From the NCBI GenBank assembly GCA_947476825.1, contig CANJRV010000001.1, forward strand, positions 12,232 to 76,231: 64,000 bases of DNA. The letters run 5' to 3'. A program made the translations under genes and the position numbers. How positions within the stretch are numbered: position 1 is the stretch's first letter; the number at the start of each line of letters is the position of its first letter. This DNA comes from Bacteroidota bacterium. Its GTDB lineage: Bacteria > Bacteroidota > Bacteroidia > Chitinophagales > Chitinophagaceae. The notes beneath the pieces were generated by a model that worked only from the letters and a program-made list of their open reading frames with translations, was not told the origin of the DNA and searched no databases. This document shows, one piece after another, positions 19,317 through 28,810 of this stretch.

Positions 19317-20024
19317 ATGTATATAAAAATGGTATTCTGTTGGATGATTTGCTTCATCGGGATACAGAATAGGATGTATGCACAATGCCCTATTCTTCCT
19401 GCTTTACCCAAATCGGCAAAAACGATTGAGTCATTCATTCCCAAAACTTGGTTTATCCTAGATTCTGCAAAAGGAGATTTTAATGCAGATAAATCGTTGG
19501 ATATCGTTCTAGTCATTGGCAATGAAAAAGAAAATGAAGAAGATAATTTTGAGTATGCATGCAATAGAGCCATTCTTATTTTGCAAAAAACAAAAGATAG
19601 CTATATCCTTTCATCTTTCACCAAGGAAGGTGTGCTGTGTAAACAATGCGGTGGGGTATTTGGCGACCCATATGCCAGTATCTCTTTAGAAAAAAATGTT
19701 TTGAAAATTAATCATTACGGTGGTAGCAATTGGCGATGGACACAAGATTATACATTCCGATTTCAACAAAATGAATGGCAACTGATTGGCATAAGCAATG
19801 ATAGTTTTTTTGTTGGTAGTGATTGTGATGGCGAAGGCGTAGGCGATGCAGGAAGAAATTTAGTTGAAGTCAATTTCTCTACATCGAAAATACATGTCAT
19901 CAAAACAAAAGATACAGAGTGTAAACCGTATAAAGATGAATGGTTAACTTGCGGGAAAAAACCATTCATTTCACTTTCGCAATTTGATGTAAGTGAAGAT
20001 TATATGCCAATAAAAATAAATTAG
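19317..20024 (+). CDS. Hypothetical secreted Cys-rich protein
   Basis: Signal-like N-terminus MYIKMVFCWMICFIGIQNRMYAQ. No family recognised. It follows sdhB by less than 20 nt. Confidence 0.5.
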   Translation: MYIKMVFCWMICFIGIQNRMYAQCPILPALPKSAKTIESFIPKTWFILDSAKGDFNADKSLDIVLVIGNEKENEEDNFEYACNRAILILQKTKDSYILSSFTKEGVLCKQCGGVFGDPYASISLEKNVLKINHYGGSNWRWTQDYTFRFQQNEWQLIGISNDSFFVGSDCDGEGVGDAGRNLVEVNFSTSKIHVIKTKDTECKPYKDEWLTCGKKPFISLSQFDVSEDYMPIKIN

Positions 20025-20086
20025 CCTTATCAGCATTCATTTTTATTTGGATAAAATGGATCTATTAAAATTATAATGAAAATATT

Positions 20087-20178
20087 TTGGGCGGCAAACA
20101 CGCTATCCGTTCCAATCTTTTTGCTTCAAAGCAAGCAAAAAGGATTTCCACTACTATCGTTGCCGCAATACATCCACC
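20087..20178 (+). repeat. Repeat family A, copy 2
   Basis: 90/92 identical to copy 1 by eye. Confidence 0.85.
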
Positions 20179-20259
20179 TAAGAAAATTATTTTCCCATTG
20201 TATTTTTTTAGTTTACCCGACAAAAAAACAATTCAATTTAGTTTTATCTTTACGTCCTC

Positions 20260-21225
20260 ATGAAATTTACCATTGCTTATACATTGCTATTTATATATGT
20301 GATTGCAGCCATTGTATTTTGGGGTTATAGTTTGCAAAAACAGAGTAGAGTAGTTTATGGTTTAGAAACAAAAAATCTTGAATTACAACAGAAAATAGCA
20401 AAGAGTAGTACCTATAATCTTGATTTACAAAAAATAGAAGATAAAAAAAACAGACGTACTAACCAATATTGGGGCGAAGGTTCTACGTTCTTGTTGATCA
20501 TTTTATTGACAGCTGCAATTGTATATTATGCGTATTATCGTCAGCGACAATTGAGTAAGCTGCAGCAGAATTTCATGCTCAGTATTACCCATGAACTGAA
20601 AACACCTATTGCTGGTATCAAGTTGAATATGCAAACCTTAGAAAAAAGAAAATTAGATGAAACCTTGCAACTAAAACTTGTAAAATCATCCGTTCAAGAA
20701 ACCAATCGCTTGAATGATTTATGTGAAAATATTTTGGTTGCTACACAACTTGAAAATAAAAAGAAAGCCATTTATACCGAAATGGTAAATATGAATGAAC
20801 TTTTGCTTTTACAAATTAATGAAATGAAAAGCCGATATCCTCAGCGAAAATTTGTAGAAACAATTGACAAAGAAATTTTATCCATTAGAGGCGATTCTAC
20901 TCTGTGGCAATTAGTCATTAGTAATCTATTAGAAAATGCAAGAAAGTATTCACAAGCAAACGATTGCATTGAAATTTGTTTGCAAAAAATAAATTCTACT
21001 TTTCATTTACAAGTCAAAGACCAAGGTATTGGCATTTCGGATGAAGAAAAGAAACACATCTTTGAAAAATTTTACCGTATCGGAAATGAAAACACGAGAA
21101 CTTCAAAAGGCACAGGATTAGGACTTTACATTGTCAAAAAAATAATTTCCCTTTACAAATATGACATAACGGTGAAAAATAATTCGCCACAAGGTTCTAT
21201 TTTTGAAGTCGTATTTAACGCTTGA
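20260..21225 (+). CDS. Sensor histidine kinase (two TM, HisKA + HATPase_c)
   Basis: H-box SITHELKTPIAG, N-box NLLENARKYS, and G-boxes DQGIGI and GTGLGLYIV. Confidence 0.85.
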   Translation: MKFTIAYTLLFIYVIAAIVFWGYSLQKQSRVVYGLETKNLELQQKIAKSSTYNLDLQKIEDKKNRRTNQYWGEGSTFLLIILLTAAIVYYAYYRQRQLSKLQQNFMLSITHELKTPIAGIKLNMQTLEKRKLDETLQLKLVKSSVQETNRLNDLCENILVATQLENKKKAIYTEMVNMNELLLLQINEMKSRYPQRKFVETIDKEILSIRGDSTLWQLVISNLLENARKYSQANDCIEICLQKINSTFHLQVKDQGIGISDEEKKHIFEKFYRIGNENTRTSKGTGLGLYIVKKIISLYKYDITVKNNSPQGSIFEVVFNA

Positions 21226-21944
21226 TGATGACACATATACAAAAAGAAAAAGGAATTATTTTACTCGTTGAAGACGAAGAAAATTTAAGAGAAGCATTGA
21301 AGCTGAATCTTGAATTAGAAGGTTATGAAGTGCGAGCAGAAGTAAATGGAAAACTAGCTATCAAAGCCTTTAAGGAAGAATATTTTGATTGCATCATTTT
21401 AGACATTATGCTACCAGAAATGGATGGTATTATGGTTTGCGAAACAATCCGTTTACAAAATGATAAGGTTCCAATACTTTTTTTATCTGCAAAAAATGGA
21501 GGTGCCGATCGTGTATTAGGTCTTAAAAAAGGTGGTGATGATTATCTGACCAAGCCTTTTAATTTGGAAGAGCTATTACTGCGTGTTGAAAAATTAATTG
21601 AAAAAAATAAACTAAACAATCGCGGTAGTATTGATAAAATTCAATTTTATGAATTTGGTAATTGCAAAATAGATTTTCATGGATTAGAATGTGTAGATAT
21701 TCGCGGAGAAAAACATCCATTGACAAAAAAAGAAGTTCAGTTTTTAAAGTTGCTCATCGATAATAAAAATGAAGTAATTACGCGTGAACATATTTTAAAA
21801 ACGGTTTGGGGTTATAATGTTTTTCCAACTACTCGTACCATTGATAATTTTATTATGGTCTATCGAAAGTACTTTGAAGAGAATCCTCGAAAACCAAAAC
21901 ATTTTTTAAGTTCAAGAGGCGTTGGATATAAGTTTCTAGATTAA
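21225..21944 (+). CDS. OmpR-family response regulator
   Basis: LLVEDEE...ILDIMLPEMDG...TKP receiver, and a winged-helix C-terminus RGVGYKF. The ATG overlaps the kinase stop (TGATG). The track uses TTG 21222. Confidence 0.9.
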   Translation: MMTHIQKEKGIILLVEDEENLREALKLNLELEGYEVRAEVNGKLAIKAFKEEYFDCIILDIMLPEMDGIMVCETIRLQNDKVPILFLSAKNGGADRVLGLKKGGDDYLTKPFNLEELLLRVEKLIEKNKLNNRGSIDKIQFYEFGNCKIDFHGLECVDIRGEKHPLTKKEVQFLKLLIDNKNEVITREHILKTVWGYNVFPTTRTIDNFIMVYRKYFEENPRKPKHFLSSRGVGYKFLD

Positions 21945-21950
21945 TGAGAT

Positions 21951-23192
21951 TCAATAATAACTGTTTGTTTTCCATTCTTTTTTATTCAGCAACAAACACA
22001 AAAAGAAAATAAAAAAAACAATACCAGCTTGTATTTCAAGCATATCATCCGTCAAAATATTTACAAAAATTAAAAGTGACATCCAATATGCTTCTTTCAT
22101 TCCTTTTTGTAAAGCTTCACTAAAACTAAAACCAATAAAAGATAAAAGGAACAGAACTCCCAATAATCCTAAATCTATCCAAATATGCAACAACTGATTG
22201 TGTGTATGCATATTATACTCGATTAAACTGGCATAATTCCCTTGCTTAAATTCTTGCATCAATAATCCATTCGCTTCACCTGTACCATATCCAAGTAACC
22301 AATTCGGTTTTATTATTTTCCATTCTAATTGCCATGCTGCAATTCTCGAACCAGTGGAATTACTAAACGAAATAGTATGATCAACTGAGCTCAAATTATT
22401 CCATGTATCCAACATGCGATTGTGTATGGAAGGCACGATATAAAGCACAGTCAATGTGCCAAATAAAAGCATGACAAAAAGCAATATTCTAAGTAAGCTA
22501 TTTATTAATATCCCTGACCAATACCATAATAAATAAAGAATAAATAAAAATAGAAATATTAATGCTGTCTTGGACGCAAGCACGATGATAGCGAATGAAA
22601 AAAGGCAAATGAAAAAAAGATAAATATACCTGCTACTTTTCTCTAAATGTTTATGATGTAATAATTCCAACGCACAGAATACCATTGCAAAAGCAAAATA
22701 ATTTGAATAATAACCAGGATGCATAATCCCTTCAGATATATTCATTCTATTGAAAACAAGATTCCAGCCATAAGGAAAATTAAAATAGATGGAATACACT
22801 ACACAATACAAAAACGAAATTGTACAAGAGATACAAAAAAATAAAAATAGCTTCCTTAACTTGTCTCTATTTAAATAGTTTTCTGTAGAAAATAATAATG
22901 GTAAAATAAATAGGCTTAGTTTGACTTGTGTGCTTTGCCATCCAGTCATTTTATCCTTGCTCCAAAATATGGCAAGTGCTTGCAATAAAAAAAATGCCCA
23001 CATACATATCGTAGTTGGTGTAAATTGAAATGATTTAATTTTTGCAAACCAATTTCTATCTATAAACCAATGCGCTATTAGTAATAATATGCCAATTGAA
23101 TTAATTCGTTCACTCCATGGAAAGGAAACTGCTGTGAATACAACAATTAAATACCATAAGGATGACCTATCTATTTTTTTACTAAAAGACAT
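21951..23192 (-). CDS. O-antigen ligase (Wzy_C) family membrane protein
   Basis: About 11 TM helices with a loop containing ..GSRIAAWQ...GYGTGE...HNQLLHIWIDLG, typical of this family. Confidence 0.7.
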   Translation of the reverse strand: MSFSKKIDRSSLWYLIVVFTAVSFPWSERINSIGILLLIAHWFIDRNWFAKIKSFQFTPTTICMWAFFLLQALAIFWSKDKMTGWQSTQVKLSLFILPLLFSTENYLNRDKLRKLFLFFCISCTISFLYCVVYSIYFNFPYGWNLVFNRMNISEGIMHPGYYSNYFAFAMVFCALELLHHKHLEKSSRYIYLFFICLFSFAIIVLASKTALIFLFLFILYLLWYWSGILINSLLRILLFVMLLFGTLTVLYIVPSIHNRMLDTWNNLSSVDHTISFSNSTGSRIAAWQLEWKIIKPNWLLGYGTGEANGLLMQEFKQGNYASLIEYNMHTHNQLLHIWIDLGLLGVLFLLSFIGFSFSEALQKGMKEAYWMSLLIFVNILTDDMLEIQAGIVFFIFFLCLLLNKKEWKTNSYY

Positions 23193-23233
23193 AGAAAGGC
23201 GAAGTTAGAAAAGCGAATTGTATCTTCGTAGAA

Positions 23234-23842
23234 ATGTTATTACAAATACATCCGAAAAACCCTGATGAGCGAAAAATTAAATTGCTCGTAGAATGTCTTT
23301 TGAAGGGAGGGCTTATCATTTATCCTACCGATACAGTGTATGGAATCGGCTGTGATATTGAACATCCTGAAGCGATTCAACGCATTTGTGCCATAAAAAA
23401 AATACCTGTCGAAAAAGCGCAGCTTTCCTTTCTATGTTCCGATTTAAGTCACTTAAGCGAGTATACAAAAGCAATAGATACTCCTTTGTATCGTTTTTTA
23501 AAACAATATTTACCAGGGCCATTTACATTTATTCTGGAGGCAAGTAAAAAAACGCCTAAACTTTTAAAAACAAAAAGAGAAACTGTTGGGATAAGAGTTC
23601 CTGATAATAAAATCTGCCATGCAATTCTGCAAGGTTTGGGAAAACCTATATTAAATGCTTCCTTACCCTTGGATGAAGAAGACGAAATGTATACAGATCC
23701 AGAAATAATTTATGAAGCATTCAAAAACAAAGTGGATTACATCATTGATGGCGGTTTTGGTGGCACAGAAACTTCCACCATTGTAGATTGTACACAATCG
23801 CCTCCTGAAATAATTCGACAAGGTGCTGGAATATTGATGTAA
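23234..23842 (+). CDS. tsaC: L-threonylcarbamoyladenylate synthase (YrdC/TsaC type)
   Basis: YPTDTVYGIGCD, GPFTFIL, GIRVPD, STIVD. Confidence 0.85.
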   Translation: MLLQIHPKNPDERKIKLLVECLLKGGLIIYPTDTVYGIGCDIEHPEAIQRICAIKKIPVEKAQLSFLCSDLSHLSEYTKAIDTPLYRFLKQYLPGPFTFILEASKKTPKLLKTKRETVGIRVPDNKICHAILQGLGKPILNASLPLDEEDEMYTDPEIIYEAFKNKVDYIIDGGFGGTETSTIVDCTQSPPEIIRQGAGILM

Positions 23843-23968
23843 GTTCAAAGACATAAAACAGAATTAAAGAGTTTATTTTTATGTTTGAAATATTGAATTC
23901 AATAATTCCTGAAACATTATTACATTATTAATAGTTTTTTTCCTTAATTTGTTCCCAAATAGAAATTC

Positions 23969-24640
23969 ATGAACAAGTTTTTTTTTGTTATAATTCTGGT
24001 CTTGGGTATTAGTACTCAAATTTTGGCGCAGGATTATAAAATTGCAGGTTGGGATTATTATTGGGATCAGAAGGCACACGAAAGAGGACAAATCCATTTT
24101 TCTTATGGTTATGGTCAACCACGATTGGATAAAAAACTATTTGATTACCATAAAAATGAAGACAACTTTAGAGTAGTTGGCATTGGCGCATTTTATTGGA
24201 AAACGGAATATGGACTTAGCCGAAAATTAAGCGTTCTACTATCTACAAGTTATATTTTATACAAGTCTGATTGGAAACGTATGCGCCCTGATCCATTATA
24301 TGGTATTGATTTACCTTTTAAATATGGTTCGACTTTAACAGATATATCCGCCAATTTGCGATTTAATTATCACTTATTTGTGAACAAGGAATTTGATGTC
24401 TATTTAGGTGGTGGCGCTGGTTACAACTATTTTGTACATAAAGATTTTACGGATTATTCGCCTGATGACAGTACATTTAATGCGCAATTTAAAGATCCAC
24501 ATGCTGTTTCATTTGAGATGAGTTTTGGTATTCGTTACTTTTTCCTTACAAGAACTGCCATCTATCTAGAGGCTGGTTATGGTAAGTCTCTTGCACAAGC
24601 TGGATTCGTATTTAAATTCAGACACAGAAAAAGAGGATAG
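23969..24640 (+). CDS. Outer-membrane beta-barrel (porin-family) protein
   Basis: Signal peptide, alternating aromatic/hydrophobic strands, and a terminal ..GFVFKF strand. Confidence 0.6.
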   Translation: MNKFFFVIILVLGISTQILAQDYKIAGWDYYWDQKAHERGQIHFSYGYGQPRLDKKLFDYHKNEDNFRVVGIGAFYWKTEYGLSRKLSVLLSTSYILYKSDWKRMRPDPLYGIDLPFKYGSTLTDISANLRFNYHLFVNKEFDVYLGGGAGYNYFVHKDFTDYSPDDSTFNAQFKDPHAVSFEMSFGIRYFFLTRTAIYLEAGYGKSLAQAGFVFKFRHRKRG

Positions 24641-24671
24641 TTTTATTATATTTGCAATCTAAAAATAATTT

Positions 24672-24797
24672 ATGCATTCTATTATACTTTCAATATACAC
24701 TGTAGGCTCAATGATTGGCTATTATGGCTGTATAGTTTACATGGCTATTATGTTTATTGCGTTAGTTTATGTCATGAGAAAATATTTGAAAGATTAA
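24672..24797 (+). CDS. Candidate 41-aa hydrophobic small protein (below the track's length cutoff)
   Basis: ATG...TAA read by hand gives MHSIILSIYTVGSMIGYYGCIVYMAIMFIALVYVMRKYLKD. It has two TM-like segments and a basic tail, in an otherwise empty 207-nt gap. Confidence 0.25.
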   Translation: MHSIILSIYTVGSMIGYYGCIVYMAIMFIALVYVMRKYLKD

Positions 24798-24856
24798 GGA
24801 TTGGTACAGTCTTTTATTTGTAATACATCCATCTTCTCGAATATAAATTGTTCTAT

Positions 24857-25501
24857 ATGAACGAGTCCATTGCTGCTTTAAGACAAGAATATACTTTGGC
24901 TACTTTACGAAGTAGCGATGTATATCTAGATCCTATTCAACAATTTAAAAAATGGTTTGCTGAAGCACAACAATCGGATATTGAAGATGTAAACGCAATG
25001 ACACTATCCACTGTGGATGCCAATCAAAAACCACATGCACGAATTGTATTACTCAAAGGAGTTGAGGAAACACAATTTGTTTTTTTTACCAACTACCATA
25101 GCGAAAAAGGGAAAAATATTGCCTCGAACCCACATGTAAGTCTTGTCTTTTATTGGAAAGAATTACAACGCCAAATTCGCATTGAAGGTATTGCTGCAAA
25201 GATTTCAGAACAAGCATCTACAGATTATTTTATTACTAGACCAATCGCTAGTCAATTGGGTGCATGGGCTTCTTTACAAAGCGAACCTTTAGCAAAGCGA
25301 GAAGATTTAGAAACACGTTTTACTTCATTAGAATTAAAATATCAACAGCAAGCTATTCCGAAACCATCACATTGGGGAGGTTACGCTGTATCTCCTACCT
25401 GTATTGAGTTTTGGCAAGGAAGAATAAGTAGATTACATGATAGAATTCAATATAAATTAGATGAAAATTCAGTCTGGAAAATAGGACGATTAAACCCATA
25501 A
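24857..25501 (+). CDS. pdxH: Pyridoxamine 5'-phosphate oxidase
   Basis: RIVLLKG, FFTNY.S.KG, WGGY...P..IEFWQG..SRLHDR. Confidence 0.9.
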   Translation: MNESIAALRQEYTLATLRSSDVYLDPIQQFKKWFAEAQQSDIEDVNAMTLSTVDANQKPHARIVLLKGVEETQFVFFTNYHSEKGKNIASNPHVSLVFYWKELQRQIRIEGIAAKISEQASTDYFITRPIASQLGAWASLQSEPLAKREDLETRFTSLELKYQQQAIPKPSHWGGYAVSPTCIEFWQGRISRLHDRIQYKLDENSVWKIGRLNP

Positions 25502-25512
25502 AGATTAGGTGT

Positions 25513-26397
25513 TTAATTTTTTTCTTTTCGATTTAAAACCCAGACGGCTACAATACCCAATGTGCCGCCTACAATCGTATTCCATACCAGTTTTTCATCA
25601 ATAATTAGCCACGAAAAAAATGCGGCTGCAAATGGTACAATATAAATAAAACTACTGGTTCGAGCTGCTCCCAATTTCGAAGTGGCGAAAAAATAAAAAG
25701 TAGTTGCCATACCCGTATTAATTACTGCATTAAAAATCAGATTCACCCAAAATCGATGATCTGCTTGTTGATACAGTTTGAATAACTCTGGAAAATTAGC
25801 AAATCCACTTAAAAATAAACTACATACTAAATACATCCAAAGACTAAATGCCATTGGGGATCCATATTGTTGAGAACGTGCTGTAATCCTACTTAAGAAA
25901 GTCCATGTAATACAAGAAAGTAAAAAATAAATATTTCCTGATTGAAGTATCTCATCATAGTTAGTCCAAATATTTAATAAAAAAGAACTTGCTATAATGC
26001 CTAGCAATAAGCCTATCGTTTCTGTTTGCGTAGGTTTTCTTTTAGCTAAAATAATCGAAACTATATAAGTAAAAATTGGTGTCATTGTGGTTACCAAAAC
26101 ACCTCCAGCACCTGGCATTCCGTGTTGGATGCCTGTAAAAAAGAATAAACTATACAAAGTCATGAGTAAGGAAGCAACTATCAAATACAGAACTCCCTTT
26201 TGATTTATCTTCAATGGGATTTTTAAGATAGAAAGTAATACCAACGAACTAAGAAAGGTGCATCCAAAACGGGAAAGTGCTATATGTAATGGACTTGCGT
26301 AGGCTGTTAATATTTTACCACTCGGCCAACTCAATCCCCAGATAAGCATGCTAGCAACTATTCCAGGGTAAAGAAGTTTAGATTTTTCTATTTTCAT
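25513..26397 (-). CDS. EamA/DMT-family transporter
   Basis: 10 TM helices in two EamA-like halves. Confidence 0.85.
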   Translation of the reverse strand: MKIEKSKLLYPGIVASMLIWGLSWPSGKILTAYASPLHIALSRFGCTFLSSLVLLSILKIPLKINQKGVLYLIVASLLMTLYSLFFFTGIQHGMPGAGGVLVTTMTPIFTYIVSIILAKRKPTQTETIGLLLGIIASSFLLNIWTNYDEILQSGNIYFLLSCITWTFLSRITARSQQYGSPMAFSLWMYLVCSLFLSGFANFPELFKLYQQADHRFWVNLIFNAVINTGMATTFYFFATSKLGAARTSSFIYIVPFAAAFFSWLIIDEKLVWNTIVGGTLGIVAVWVLNRKEKN

Positions 26398-26435
26398 ATG
26401 CCCTACAAATGTAGATGAATCAAAACTTGCGTCAT

Positions 26436-26473
26436 AAAAAAATCGAACGTAAATAAGTCACGTTCGATTTTTT
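26436..26473 (-). terminator. Intrinsic terminator of the DUF3127 gene
   Basis: The stem aatcgaacgt/acgttcgatt is flanked by an A-run and a T-run. On the minus strand it is followed by T7. Confidence 0.75.
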
Positions 26474-26490
26474 ATAATTTTAATTTTCAA

Positions 26491-26901
26491 TTAGAATGGT
26501 AAATCATCTGTAATCCCTGTTGAAGGCATTACAATATTTTGTGCATTAGGGTTTGGTGTTGAGGCATGTGATGGAGCCGCATAATTAGTTTGTGAAGCAG
26601 ATGCTGCTTCGTTGCTTGCCTTTTCAATGCGCCATGCTTCTAGCGAATTAAAATATTTAATTCCTTGCTCTGGACTTTGCCATTCACGACCTCTAAGATT
26701 AAATGAAACTTTTAATTCTTCACCAATTTGATAATTGTCCAATAAAGCGCATTTATCTTGGGTAAGCTGGAAACTGATGAATTGAGGGTATTGTGTTGTT
26801 GTATCTGTAGTGAGTACGAATTCTCGTTTTGAAAATTTTTCACTTACTACTTGTGTGTTTTGTTTTACTTTCAGCGTACCTGAAACTTCGAATGATGCCA
26901 T
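26491..26901 (-). CDS. DUF3127 (OB-fold-like) protein with disordered linker and SSB-type C-terminal tip
   Basis: The N-terminal about 90 aa (..SKREFVLTTD..QYPQFISFQL.QDK...L....IGEELKVSFNLRGREW......YFNSLEAWRIE) fits DUF3127. An A/S/N/P-rich stretch follows, and the protein ends in DDLPF. Confidence 0.75.
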   Translation of the reverse strand: MASFEVSGTLKVKQNTQVVSEKFSKREFVLTTDTTTQYPQFISFQLTQDKCALLDNYQIGEELKVSFNLRGREWQSPEQGIKYFNSLEAWRIEKASNEAASASQTNYAAPSHASTPNPNAQNIVMPSTGITDDLPF

Positions 26902-26964
26902 GTTTTATAATAATTTAATGCACGAAGTTATATTTTTTTTATATTTTTCAGAACAATTTTCAAG

Positions 26965-27750
26965 ATGAAACTTATCCACTATTTTTTTATTGTCTTCTAT
27001 CTGTTTGTTGTCGGATGTGCACCACGCTTTATTCCTAGCAAACATACAGAAACAGTATTGGTCATCAAGTCTAGCGAAACGGATACTATATCATCAATTG
27101 ATAAATATTTAAAACCTTTTCGTGATAGCATAAACGGGATCATGAATATACCAATAGGGGAAGCACAAACCGATTTGCGCAAAGAAAGGCCTAGTGGTAG
27201 TTTAGGAAATATGGTAGCCGATGCACTGTTGAAAAGAGCCCAAAGTCAATACCCGACTACCATTGGCGCCATTTGTAATTATGGTGGCATCAGAATAAAT
27301 CAAATACCCAAAGGAAAAATCTCTAAAGGAAAAATTTTTGAATTATTGCCATTTGAAAATGAGTTGATTATTCTGGAAGTGAAAGGAAATATTTTGAATG
27401 AATGGATGCAACATATTGCAAAAGATGGAGGTTGGCCAATCGCCTTTTCTTCCAAAGTTCATATTGATAGTACTAAGAATGAATCTGGTTTAATAGATTC
27501 AGTGGATGTAGAAGATGGTGGTGGACCTGGCATTACAATACACAGAGAAATTAATGATTATTTTAATGAGCAAGACACTTATTACATTGCTACCAATGAT
27601 TATGTAGCAAATGGTGGTGATAATTGTACCTTTTTAAAAACATGCAAACAAATAAAAACTGGTTTGATCTTAAGAGATGTCGTTTTAGGGTATATTCAAA
27701 CAAAAAAAATAATCACACCAGATAATACTATCCGATTAATCATTCATTAA
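26965..27750 (+). CDS. 5'-nucleotidase C-terminal (substrate-binding) domain lipoprotein
   Basis: Lipobox LFVVGC. GNMVADALL, GGIR and ATNDYVANGGD are typical of 5_nucleotid_C. Confidence 0.8.
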   Translation: MKLIHYFFIVFYLFVVGCAPRFIPSKHTETVLVIKSSETDTISSIDKYLKPFRDSINGIMNIPIGEAQTDLRKERPSGSLGNMVADALLKRAQSQYPTTIGAICNYGGIRINQIPKGKISKGKIFELLPFENELIILEVKGNILNEWMQHIAKDGGWPIAFSSKVHIDSTKNESGLIDSVDVEDGGGPGITIHREINDYFNEQDTYYIATNDYVANGGDNCTFLKTCKQIKTGLILRDVVLGYIQTKKIITPDNTIRLIIH

Positions 27751-27760
27751 TACGCAGAAC

Positions 27761-28693
27761 ATGAATCGCAGAAAATTTATTCAGCAAACGTCCATAGCAA
27801 GCAGTCTATTGCTTGCCAGCCAATTTCCATTTGAGGCATTGGCAAAAGATGATGTGCAACATAAACTAACCATTCTGCATACCAATGATGTACATAGTAG
27901 ATTAGATCCATTTCCGATGGATGGAAGCAAGTACCAAGGTATGGGTGGTGTAGTTGGACGCGAAAAAATTATTTCTCAAATTCGACAGGAAGAAGAACAA
28001 GTATTGCTTTTAGATGCAGGTGATATTTTTCAAGGCACACCATATTTCAATTTTTACAAAGGAGAACCAGAAATGAAAGTGATGAGTATGTTAGCGTATG
28101 ATGCAGCCACCATTGGCAATCATGATTTTGATAATGGTGTAGAAGCTCTTGCAAATCAACTACAACACGCCAATTTCCCGATTGTGAATTGTAATTACGA
28201 TTTTACTAATACAGCTTTAGAAAACAAAATTGAACCTTATCACATTATTCGAAAAGGAAAACTAAAAATTGGTATAATAGGCATTGGTATTGAATTGAAA
28301 GGATTAGTACCAGATAAATTATTTGGCAATATCCTATATCATGATCCAATACAGTCTGCAAATGATACAGCTTATTATTTGAAAAAAAATAAGCGTTGTG
28401 ATTATATTATTTGTTTATCTCATTTAGGTTTTGAATATAAAGATGCTAAAGTTTCAGATAAAATATTAGCTACCGAAACTGAGTATATTGATTTGATAAT
28501 AGGTGGTCACACACATACTTTTTTAGATCATCCTTGGATAACAAAAAATAAAAAAAATCAAGAAATTATGGTCAATCAAGTAGGTTGGGCAGGTATTAAT
28601 GTAGGAAGGATAAATATTTATTTTGATAATAAAAAGCAGTATGACTACGTTTCAAATTTCACTGTAATAAAAGTGAAAGAAACAAGCGCATAA
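27761..28693 (+). CDS. Metallophosphoesterase domain of 5'-nucleotidase (Tat signal)
   Basis: Tat signal MNRRKFIQQTS. Metallophosphatase motifs are ILHTNDVHS, DAGDIFQG, GNHDFD and GGHTH. Confidence 0.85.
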   Translation: MNRRKFIQQTSIASSLLLASQFPFEALAKDDVQHKLTILHTNDVHSRLDPFPMDGSKYQGMGGVVGREKIISQIRQEEEQVLLLDAGDIFQGTPYFNFYKGEPEMKVMSMLAYDAATIGNHDFDNGVEALANQLQHANFPIVNCNYDFTNTALENKIEPYHIIRKGKLKIGIIGIGIELKGLVPDKLFGNILYHDPIQSANDTAYYLKKNKRCDYIICLSHLGFEYKDAKVSDKILATETEYIDLIIGGHTHTFLDHPWITKNKKNQEIMVNQVGWAGINVGRINIYFDNKKQYDYVSNFTVIKVKETSA

Positions 28694-28810
28694 AAATTTT
28701 TTTTTTCAACAAAAAATTACCACTTTCGTTGCCCGATAGAAAATACTTATACACACTATCTTAATCATAAAATAATAAATAATTAATATATAAATTTTAG
28801 GAGAAAAAAA

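Noticed and set aside
20076-20330. 84-aa ORF (and 49803-50012, 69 aa)
   Set aside because: Both read through copies of repeat A, and the 'protein' is a translation of the repeat. The third copy is not embedded in a comparable ORF.
28694-28810. Possible oriC next to dnaA
   Set aside because: I find only one near-consensus DnaA box (ttatacaca, one mismatch to TTATCCACA), with no cluster and no clear DUE arrangement. The region after dnaA (30302-30401) has none. The origin is probably elsewhere.
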